From Candidatus Excrementavichristensenella intestinipullorum (lineage in GTDB: Bacteria > Bacillota > Clostridia > Christensenellales > Aristaeellaceae), in NCBI GenBank assembly GCA_018711685.1, contig DVHZ01000153.1:5192-69191 (forward strand): a stretch of 64,000 bases of DNA, in the 5' to 3' direction. This document shows, in pieces, positions 56,501-64,000 of this stretch (position 1 is the stretch's first letter; each line of letters starts with the position of its first letter). Under the pieces are notes generated by a model. The model was not told where the DNA came from, ran no database searches, and was given only the letters and a program-made list of their open reading frames with translations. A program made the position numbers and the translations under genes.

Positions 56501-56725
56501 GATATCTCCCTCCAGATTCCTGACCCCTCACTTGCTAATACGTTTTATCATAGTATAACGAATTTTCCGGAGGTTTGCAATAGCGCATCTCCCATATCAT
56601 CATAATTCGTCTTTTTATCTGCAATAATTCATTCATTTTAGTATATTTTTCATAATTGATTTTTCTTCAGACTCTGTGTATGATAAAAAATAATAGCTTC
56701 TCTCCCTTATATTGCTCCGGATTAA

Positions 56726-56741
56726 AGCTAAAATTTTAGCT
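56726..56741. promoter_or_regulatory. perfect 16-bp palindrome AGCTAAAATTTTAGCT, candidate operator
   Basis: Lies 18 nt upstream of the MFS start codon, in the AT-rich divergent intergenic region between the ABC operon and the MFS gene. Confidence 0.35.
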
Positions 56742-56759
56742 CGTGAGGAGTGTGTGCCT

Positions 56760-57971
56760 ATGTTCGCTAAAACACCCGTCTCCACCCAAAACCTCAATGT
56801 CACCCGCTTGTGGAACCCTTATTTCATCATGATCATGGTTGTCAATTTTGGCGCCAACGTCAGCTTCTACCTCATTTCCTCCATCTTGTCCACCTATTCC
56901 ATCCAACTAGGCGCATCCCAAGCGCTCTCAGGCATTATTGTGGGCTGTTTCTCCATTGTGGCGCTGGTTGCCCGTCCCTTTAGTGGCGTGATATCTAACC
57001 GAGGGCGCAGTTCTTCTCTGTTGGTGTTTTCTTTTCTTGGCATGGCCTTCGCTGCTCTGGGCTATGCCTTTGCGCCCCGGCCCATCCTCTTTTTACCTAT
57101 TCGGGTACTCCACGGCATCGCCTTTTCCATCAACGGGGTGGTTACCATGGTGCTGGTTAGCAAGGTGCTACCCGAAGCGGTTTTAACAAAGGGCATGGCG
57201 TATTTTGGCGTTTCTCAAGTGCTAGCTGCCGCAGTGGGCCCCACTGTGGGCAGCGCCTGCGGGCAGGCTTTTGGCTACCGGTACTCCTTTATCGTAGCGG
57301 CAGCCACCCTCATAGTGTTTTGTATCGTAGTGTTCGTGCTGCCCATCCCCCAAGTGAAAGCTTCGGCGGCAGTCGAAAAAAAGCGCGTATCCCTCAACGA
57401 ACTGTTAGACGTCCGCTTAATTCGTCTGGTGGCCTTTTCAGCGCTTTTTTCCGCCTTTAACGGTCTTTGTTCTTCCTATATGGTCAATATAGGAGCAGTC
57501 CGGGGCATCGACCAGATTTCCCTCTACTTCACCGTGAACTCCGCCAGCATTATTCTGGTCCGTTTTTTGTGTGGACGGCTCGCCGACAAAATTAAAAGCA
57601 TCCATTACATCATGCTATGTACGTTGCTCACCGCATGCTTGGGCTGCGTCATCATCGGCGCCGCCAACGCTCTATGGCTGTTTTTTATCGGTGCGTTTAT
57701 TCAAGCGTTCTCCCACGGCTTTGCCCAGCCCGCCGTTCAGGCCGAGTCACTCAAGCAAGCCGATCCCAGCCGCTTGGGTACTTCCTCCAGCACTTTCTTT
57801 ATCAGCGCAGACCTCGGTCAGGGGCTAGGCGTCATGATCGGCGGAGCTGTAGCCGGCGTGGCTGGCTATGACGGCATGTTCTACGTCATGGCCGTCATTT
57901 TCCTGCTGGCTATTCCCCTATATGCGCTGGTGAATATGGGTGCGCGGAAAAAAGTCTCAAAAACCGCTTGA
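56760..57971 (+). CDS. MFS transporter
   Basis: ATG 56760 follows GAGGAG. The protein is about 403 aa with 12 predicted TM helices. Confidence 0.82.
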   Translation: MFAKTPVSTQNLNVTRLWNPYFIMIMVVNFGANVSFYLISSILSTYSIQLGASQALSGIIVGCFSIVALVARPFSGVISNRGRSSSLLVFSFLGMAFAALGYAFAPRPILFLPIRVLHGIAFSINGVVTMVLVSKVLPEAVLTKGMAYFGVSQVLAAAVGPTVGSACGQAFGYRYSFIVAAATLIVFCIVVFVLPIPQVKASAAVEKKRVSLNELLDVRLIRLVAFSALFSAFNGLCSSYMVNIGAVRGIDQISLYFTVNSASIILVRFLCGRLADKIKSIHYIMLCTLLTACLGCVIIGAANALWLFFIGAFIQAFSHGFAQPAVQAESLKQADPSRLGTSSSTFFISADLGQGLGVMIGGAVAGVAGYDGMFYVMAVIFLLAIPLYALVNMGARKKVSKTA

Positions 57972-58048
57972 GGCAAATCTGCGGCGCATTGCCCTAAAAT
58001 GTGCTATAATTGCATAAACCGCCATTTTATGGCAATCAGGAGTGAGCA

Positions 58049-59104
58049 ATGATGAGCGGAGCAAAGCGAATCGGCATACAGGATGTGGCCAAAGCGGCCG
58101 GAGTATCTGCCAGCACCGTATCGGCCGTCTTAAACAACAACCACAAGAAAATTCGCATTTCAGAAAAGACGCGTCAGCGCGTACTGGACACCGCCAAGGC
58201 GCTGAACTATACCACCAACCTATTTGCCCGGAAGCTGGCGTCCAGCACTGCGGCCGACGTCATCCCAGTGGTGTGTATATTTTGGGAGATCGAGCGCTAT
58301 CACGCATCGCTGAAGAGCTGCATGGAGGGTTTTTCCCGGTATATCGAAGAGAGCGGCCACGAATTTGAATGCGTCATCTGTCCCTATGCGGCCGACAAAT
58401 TGTACAAACAGGCCAGGCAAATTCATTCTGGGCTCTATCACGGCATGTTGTTTGCAGGACTCTCGGATTCGGATCTCGACTACCTGCAAACGCTCCAGAT
58501 CAACCTACCCCGGGTTTACATCAATCGAGAGGCGCCCGGAGGGAACTCCGTCATCGTAGACAACTACGCCATGGGTGAAATGGCCGCCAACTGTATGCTG
58601 CAAAACGGCGCTTCCTCTATGGCCCACATCTGGCCCCGCGGCATGAGTGAGCGCAACGAATATATTCGCCGAGCGGGTTTCTTCAACCAATGCCGCAAGA
58701 GCTCCATCCCGCGGGAGCGAGTATATTCTATCGACGCCGAGGATAGCTCGGAAGGGGGATACATGGCTATTTCCGGTCTACTCTCTCAGGTTTCCTCCTT
58801 TCCATGCGGTCTGTTTGTCACCAGCGATACAGTATTGGCCGGTGTCATCCGTTACATCCGCGAAAAGCGTCTTTCCTTCCCCAAGGATTTACTCATCGTC
58901 GCTTATTGCAATACCATTCCCAATATGTATGCCTCCTCTACCTTAACCACTATCGGTGTGGCCAAGCCTTATATGATGAGCTACGACGGATTACGCATCA
59001 TCGATCATCTGCTTCGCGGAGAAAAACCAGAAGGCAACGTCAAGGTATATCAGCCTCAATTAATCTATGGCGACAGTGCCCCCCAAATCCCCCGGGGGAC
59101 ATAA
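58049..59104 (+). CDS. LacI family transcriptional regulator
   Basis: Has an N-terminal HTH (IGIQDVAKAAGVSASTVSAVLNN) and a periplasmic-binding-fold effector domain. Confidence 0.88.
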   Translation: MMSGAKRIGIQDVAKAAGVSASTVSAVLNNNHKKIRISEKTRQRVLDTAKALNYTTNLFARKLASSTAADVIPVVCIFWEIERYHASLKSCMEGFSRYIEESGHEFECVICPYAADKLYKQARQIHSGLYHGMLFAGLSDSDLDYLQTLQINLPRVYINREAPGGNSVIVDNYAMGEMAANCMLQNGASSMAHIWPRGMSERNEYIRRAGFFNQCRKSSIPRERVYSIDAEDSSEGGYMAISGLLSQVSSFPCGLFVTSDTVLAGVIRYIREKRLSFPKDLLIVAYCNTIPNMYASSTLTTIGVAKPYMMSYDGLRIIDHLLRGEKPEGNVKVYQPQLIYGDSAPQIPRGT

Positions 59105-59134
59105 GATCATCCATTCCCGAAAGGAGATCAAGGT

Positions 59135-60370
59135 ATGAAAAAGCAAAATGTGGGGTTCAGTTGTAACCAAGCCAGCCAACATACCAACAATATCGAGCAG
59201 AAGTACAAGCGCTATTTTTCCATGAATGACGTCTACTTCCGCGAGGGCATCGACTATGCCTTTATCGGCAACCTGCGCTATGCTCTGTCCACGCCCGCCC
59301 GCCTGGTGGACGATGTGCTATTGGTCGCCTGGGACGATATTCGGATGATCTACGGGGGAAAATTTCAATTTTCTCAACACACCAATCAGTACGTCATGAC
59401 TCAGGACGCCATCAGCGCCTCCCTATCCCCCAACCAAAAAATCTTGGTCGCCCAGAATGGTACGTCCCGAGAAATCGACGAAATTCCCCTCGTCGTGGAC
59501 GGCGTTTTCATGGTCCCCATCGAAGGATTGATGGTCCTTGCTTTCCAAAAACAAGCCAAATGGATGCGTTCCTATCTGCTGCCCGGTGACTATTTGGGTA
59601 TCTCCGATGACGGGCGCATGTTCCCCACCGTTCAATTCCTCAAAGACCTCTTGATTTATTCTACCAAGAAGGTTGGAATCCTTCGGGAAATGTATTACTA
59701 TCAGCGAGCCGGTGTACTGGAGCCCTATCGGCTGTATGTCCCTTCCTACTATAACCCCGAAAAAAAATACCCCTTGATCGTCTGGCTCCATGGTGCCTGG
59801 CCCAATTGGCATATCGATCTAGCCATGGATTTGACCCAAAAGAAATTTGAGCGTTTGGCCGAAGCGCATGGTTATTTGCTTTTGTGCGTAAATGGATATT
59901 CCTTTGGCTTTTACGGCGCCGGAACGCCAGACTTGCTTCCAAAGCCTTTCACCCCTCAAGAGCAGCAGTGCCTTGCGCTGTGTGAATACGAACCCCTCAG
60001 CTCCATTGATGCCGTGTGTGGAAAATACAGCATAGATCGGACAAAAATCTACTTATGCGGCAATTCTATGGGCGGCGCAGGCACGTTCTGGCTAGCTATG
60101 CGCCACCGGGAAATGTTCCGCGCCATTGCGCCTTGCGGCGCCTTAACCAACTCGGATATGAATCTGTATGATTGGTCCCCTTTGCGGGATATGCCTACCT
60201 TGTTCGTCTGTGGCACGGAAAACATAGGGTATGAAAACGTTTCTCACAGTGTCGCCACCCTGCGCAAGCATGGTGTGGACGCCTATCTATGCACCGTTCC
60301 CGCTGCCATTCACGATGACGCTTGGGTCGATGCGTTACCCCAAATCTTCGGTTTCTTTAATCGCCATTAG
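59135..60370 (+). CDS. alpha/beta hydrolase (esterase/depolymerase-like) with an extra ~190-aa N-terminal domain
   Basis: ATG follows AAAGGAG. The C-terminal half has YPLIVWLHG and a nucleophile elbow GNSMGG. No signal peptide is seen. Confidence 0.7.
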   Translation: MKKQNVGFSCNQASQHTNNIEQKYKRYFSMNDVYFREGIDYAFIGNLRYALSTPARLVDDVLLVAWDDIRMIYGGKFQFSQHTNQYVMTQDAISASLSPNQKILVAQNGTSREIDEIPLVVDGVFMVPIEGLMVLAFQKQAKWMRSYLLPGDYLGISDDGRMFPTVQFLKDLLIYSTKKVGILREMYYYQRAGVLEPYRLYVPSYYNPEKKYPLIVWLHGAWPNWHIDLAMDLTQKKFERLAEAHGYLLLCVNGYSFGFYGAGTPDLLPKPFTPQEQQCLALCEYEPLSSIDAVCGKYSIDRTKIYLCGNSMGGAGTFWLAMRHREMFRAIAPCGALTNSDMNLYDWSPLRDMPTLFVCGTENIGYENVSHSVATLRKHGVDAYLCTVPAAIHDDAWVDALPQIFGFFNRH

Positions 60371-60429
60371 CCCATTTCTATCTCCTCGCCACCCGTCCCC
60401 CATATTCTCAGGCACGGCGTAGATGGGCC

Positions 60430-60471
60430 GTACATACTCGGCATGGGCAAAACCCATAGCCGAGTATGTAC
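60430..60471 (+). terminator. strong hairpin downstream of the esterase gene
   Basis: GTACATACTCGGCATGGG-caaaa-CCCATAGCCGAGTATGTAC, an 18-bp stem with one bulged base. ATTTT lies a little further downstream. Confidence 0.6.
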
Positions 60472-60861
60472 TACGTCCTCTGCCTTATTTTATCAGGCCC
60501 CAGGACTTGTTAAGGATCGACCGTGTCAGGCAGTCCGTATCCGTCGCCTGTAGGGTGGGATCCAGTGGCACCATATTGAGCCGCCCCGACCAGAAAATTC
60601 AAGATCACATTCAGGGGCATGGCAACCGCCAGGACTTCCTCGGATATGCCCAGCTGAATAATACCGTGAAGCTGAATAGCCGCGCCACCGGGAATAGGCG
60701 GAGAGGAACTTCCGGGCGGCCGGGTCGATCATCCCCATCGGCATCCTCATCAGGGGCATCTTCCCTTGGCAGTCCCCCGCTGCGCACATGCCGATGATGA
60801 CGAAATGCGAAGACCTGCGCCCATTTCTTCAGCCGAAGGACGGTATCCGGCCACTTCCGGG

Positions 60862-62010
60862 TTACTGCGCCCCGGTGAAGTCGTCGTAGCGCGGCGCGTG
60901 CTCGGCGGTGATCTTGTATACCACCGCGTCCCGCAGGTAGATCTCATAGCCGTCTGTGGAGCGTTCCCCGCAGCTCACCTCGTAACAGGTATACAGAGAG
61001 CTTTCCTCCTTTTCCACCGTCTCCCCCGCCAAGGCGGCCTCCAGCTGCTCCTGGGTCATGCCCAGGGTAATGCCCTTGGGCAGAAGGATATCCACCTTGC
61101 AATCGTCGCTGGCCTCCACGTCCGTCACAAAGCAGTTGGCTACGGCGGTTGCCTGGCCGGAATAATTCTGGGCCAGCACCCGCAGGCGCTGGTTGTCATA
61201 CATCAGCGTCACCCATCCAATATCCCGCCCGGCAACGGTTGCCTCGCTGTCATCCTCCACCAGCGTCCATCCGTTGTCCAAAAAGGCGCTTACGGGAGCG
61301 GGCAGCTGGTAAAGGCAGCCGGCATAGGACAGGGCGAAACTGTCCAAACTCTCCCCCACCGCCTGGGGCGCCTGATAGCTTTCCACAATGGCGGGCACCT
61401 GCTGGGATACCGGGCTGGCCACAAAGTCCTCCGGCTGGCTCAGGTTGCGTATGCTCACCCCGTTAAGCAATCCGGTTTCGGCGGAAAACTGCAATTCCAC
61501 CTCCCGATAGCTTTCGTAAGTATAGGTAAGTTTGGTATAATACTCCCCTTCGTATACATCGGAAGGCGTGCCATAGGCGTCCTGGGCATCGGCCTGGACC
61601 GCCTGAGCGTATACCAATCCGCCGGGCAGGGTCAGGTCCAATCCGCCCGCTTTATCCGCCTGATACTCGTCGAAGGATATACCTCCCACGTAGCACTGCT
61701 CCAAGGGCAAGGCGTTGATGTCGAAATTGATGACGTCGACGTAGCACTCCAGCTCTCCCTTTTCAAATACTTCGCTGGACGTGTAATATCCCGCGTCCAA
61801 AGTCTGGCCAGGGTCGCCGTCATAGGTCCAGCCCATCTGGACAAACTGCTCCCAGGTCATAGGGAAGGCGTATACTTGACCGTCCAGCATCATTTGAAAG
61901 CTGTACACGTCCTCAGATAGTTGGGCTTCATCCTGCTCCTGAGCCGCCGCGCCCACCGCCAGCAGGCAGCACAGCAGCACCGCCCCAATACATTTCCCGA
62001 TTCGCTTCAT
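60862..62010 (-). CDS. secreted hypothetical protein with two related internal modules
   Basis: The ATG at 62010 has better spacing from GGGAGGA than the one at 62019. It has a signal peptide (IGAVLLCCLLAVGAAA). No family was recognised. Confidence 0.6.
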   Translation of the reverse strand: MKRIGKCIGAVLLCCLLAVGAAAQEQDEAQLSEDVYSFQMMLDGQVYAFPMTWEQFVQMGWTYDGDPGQTLDAGYYTSSEVFEKGELECYVDVINFDINALPLEQCYVGGISFDEYQADKAGGLDLTLPGGLVYAQAVQADAQDAYGTPSDVYEGEYYTKLTYTYESYREVELQFSAETGLLNGVSIRNLSQPEDFVASPVSQQVPAIVESYQAPQAVGESLDSFALSYAGCLYQLPAPVSAFLDNGWTLVEDDSEATVAGRDIGWVTLMYDNQRLRVLAQNYSGQATAVANCFVTDVEASDDCKVDILLPKGITLGMTQEQLEAALAGETVEKEESSLYTCYEVSCGERSTDGYEIYLRDAVVYKITAEHAPRYDDFTGAQ

Positions 62011-62256
62011 TTCCTTCATCTCCTCCCGAAAAATTGGCAGGGCTCCGCGCCCTTGCCGCGCTCACCATTATAATCCATCCGCGCCGGGATGGCAATACGC
62101 CGCTCCCCTTTCCCGGGCAAAAAGCGCCCCGCCTCCATCGGCGTCCCGGCCCCGGGCCCCGCCCCGGCCTCCCCATGGCGGCGGAGAAGCCCGCTGTTCA
62201 AAAATCCCGGCGTCTGGTATAATTGGGAAAAACTTCCGCCCAGGAGGAGAAAAGGC

Positions 62257-62892
62257 ATGTTTCAATTGATCGACCCCGAGGCATGGGCGCGCCGGGAATA
62301 TTTCCAGCATTATTTTCATGAGGTCCCCTGTTTCTACAGCATGACGGTAAAATTGGATATCACCCGGCTGCGCCAAAGCGGCGAGCGGCTGTATCCCGCC
62401 CTGTTGTACCTGTTGTCCACCCTGGTCAACCGCCACGAGGAATTCCGCATGGCCCTGGACGGGCAAGGCCGCCTGGGCGTTTACGATCAGATGCACCCCA
62501 GCTATACGGTTTTTCACCCGGATAGTGAGACCTTTTCCAACCTTTGGACCGAATACCGTCCGGCATATCCGGAATTTCGCGCCGCCTTTGAAGCGGACAT
62601 GGCGGCTTACGGCCAGCGGCCCGGTTTTCTGGGCAAGCCCAATCCCCCCAGCAACGCCTTTCCGGTGTCCATGCTTCCCTGGACCGCCTTCGAGGGCTTC
62701 AACCTGAATCTCCCCCGGGGAGAAGGGTATCTGCAACCCATCTTTACCCTGGGCAAATATACGCCGTCAAACGGACGGCTCTTTCTTCCGCTGGCGGCTC
62801 AGGTGCATCATGCGGTTTGCGACGGCTATCACGTCTGCCGTTTGGTCAACGAGCTTCAGGAACTGTTGTCCGCCTGGGGCCATCCATCCTAG
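62257..62892 (+). CDS. cat: type A chloramphenicol O-acetyltransferase
   Basis: ATG 62257 follows AGGAGGAGAAAAGGC. The 211-aa protein has WARREYFQHY, the YP block ERLYPALLYLLS and the catalytic motif QVHHAVCDGYHV. Confidence 0.88.
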   Translation: MFQLIDPEAWARREYFQHYFHEVPCFYSMTVKLDITRLRQSGERLYPALLYLLSTLVNRHEEFRMALDGQGRLGVYDQMHPSYTVFHPDSETFSNLWTEYRPAYPEFRAAFEADMAAYGQRPGFLGKPNPPSNAFPVSMLPWTAFEGFNLNLPRGEGYLQPIFTLGKYTPSNGRLFLPLAAQVHHAVCDGYHVCRLVNELQELLSAWGHPS

Positions 62893-63097
62893 CTCTGGCT
62901 TTTCCTCCCTCCAGCACATATCCATGGCGCCCATCTCCCAAGCGCATCCCAGCCGGCCGGCGGGGGAACCATTGCGCCTTGGGGAAAGGAGGGCCGCCAT
63001 GGCAAAGATGGGAGCGATGGGGTGTGTGATTTGGTCACGGAAGCGGAGGAGGAATGCGTGTATACTGGGGGTAGACAGAACGAAAGGGGCTGGCATC

Positions 63098-64000
63098 ATG
63101 GCAGCTATGAGCGTGAATTCCAAGCAATTGGCGGAATTGGTGAAGGGCAAGGGAGGCGTTTTGGTGGATTTCTGGGCGCCCTGGTGCCCCCACTGCCGCA
63201 AGATCAACCCCGCATACGAGCAGATCGCCGGCCAATACGCAGGCGTCCTCCAGGTGGTGAAGGTGAATATGGACGAGGATGAAGGGCTGTGGGCGCAGAT
63301 GCATGTGGATGCCATTCCCACCCTCAGGCTGTATGTGGACGGCCAGGCCGTGGGCTCCATTGTGGCGCCGGAATCGAAAGCGGCCATCGACGGTTTCCTG
63401 GCGGGGGTGCTTCCGCAGCAGGCGAAGGAGACGGAACGGCGGGTTTACGACATGGTCATCATCGGCGGCGGGCCGGGGGGCTATACCGCGGCGCTGTACG
63501 CGGCCCGGGCGGGACTGGACGCGCTGGTGGTGGAAAAGCTCTCCCCAGGCGGGCAGATGGCGCTGACCCATTGGGTGGACAACTATCCGGGCTTTGTGGA
63601 GGGCGTGGGGGGCTACGAGCTGGGAGAGCAGATGCGGCGGCAAGCGGAGCGATTTGGCGCCAAGACCAGCAACGCCCTGGTCAGCCGCGTGGATTTGCGG
63701 GCCGATCCCAAGGAAGTGGAAACCAGCGAAGGGATTTTCTATGGGCGCACCGTCGTGGTGGCTACGGGGGCCAATCCCAGGGAGCTGGGGGCGCCCCACG
63801 AAAAGGAGCTGGCTGGACGGGGCGTGGCCTACTGCGCTGCCTGCGACGGCATGTTTTACAAGGGCAAGACCGTGGTGGTGGTGGGCGGCGGCAACACCGC
63901 CGCCGAAGACGCGCTGCTGCTGAGCCGGGTGGCCAAGAAGGTCATCCTGGTCCACCGCCGGGATACCCTGCGGGCTGCAAAGGTCTACCACAAACCCCTG
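63098..64000 (+). CDS. thioredoxin-thioredoxin reductase fusion protein (3' end outside window)
   Basis: This ORF is absent from the track because it has no stop in the window. My hand translation from ATG 63098 gives 301 stop-free codons. They comprise a Trx domain (VLVDFWAPWCPHCRK), the linker ...LPQQAKETERR, then TrxB-type blocks: VYDMVIIGGGPGGYTAALYAARAG, redox site YCAACDG and VVVVGGGNTAAEDALLL. Confidence 0.8.
   Translation, partial: MAAMSVNSKQLAELVKGKGGVLVDFWAPWCPHCRKINPAYEQIAGQYAGVLQVVKVNMDEDEGLWAQMHVDAIPTLRLYVDGQAVGSIVAPESKAAIDGFLAGVLPQQAKETERRVYDMVIIGGGPGGYTAALYAARAGLDALVVEKLSPGGQMALTHWVDNYPGFVEGVGGYELGEQMRRQAERFGAKTSNALVSRVDLRADPKEVETSEGIFYGRTVVVATGANPRELGAPHEKELAGRGVAYCAACDGMFYKGKTVVVVGGGNTAAEDALLLSRVAKKVILVHRRDTLRAAKVYHKPL

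Noticed and set aside
60766-63991. Long ORFs 60766-61920 (+) and 63035-63991 (-)
   Set aside because: They run antisense to the secreted protein and to the Trx-TrxR fusion respectively. Both are low-complexity and GC-driven.

Overview
High-G+C (about 60-63% by eye) chromosomal segment from a spore-forming Clostridia-type Firmicute. The evidence is gpr, spoIIP, RNase Y and strong GGAGG-type RBSs; an Oscillospiraceae/Ruminococcaceae-like gut anaerobe is my inference only. No rRNA, tRNA, CRISPR array, integrase or transposase was found.

Gene content, left to right:
- glyA (5' partial), then psuK-psuG-dapF-rbsK.
- A translationally coupled pair on the minus strand: a B12-binding-domain/mutase-like protein and an opine-dehydrogenase-family protein, divergent from ldhA.
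- rpsT and gpr.
- A TetR + MBL-hydrolase pair, each broken by a homopolymer frameshift.
- argF, pepF, rny, a membrane protein, spoIIP, metG, tatD.
- An alpha/beta hydrolase, a PHP-domain protein and two tandem paralogous sulfotransferases.
- A secreted hydrolase and a MocR regulator.
- An AgrC-like kinase/LytTR regulator pair divergent from cstA, followed by an orphan binding-protein lipoprotein and another secreted hydrolase.
- A compositional mosaic at 35.5-39.3 kb: a low-GC two-gene flavodoxin-like cassette, a multiply frameshifted sigma-70 gene, other degraded ORFs, and an intact small secreted protein built from DxDxDG-CxxC repeats.
- A nine-gene minus-strand TRAP-transporter-linked sugar/sugar-acid operon that is visibly decaying, with a divergent AraC-type two-component system.
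- A roughly 9.4 kb block of about 50% G+C carrying an Opp/Dpp-type ABC transporter, an MFS transporter, a LacI regulator and an esterase.
- A secreted protein, a type A chloramphenicol acetyltransferase, and a thioredoxin-thioredoxin reductase fusion ORF that runs off the 3' edge (absent from the ORF track).

Most interesting candidates for new biology:
- The PHP + double sulfotransferase cluster.
- The B12-mutase-like/opine-DH-like pair.
- The TSP3-like Cys-rich repeat protein.
- The 43-nt tandem repeat array upstream of metG.
- The Trx-TrxR fusion.

Many very long ORFs in the track are GC-driven antisense artefacts and were rejected.
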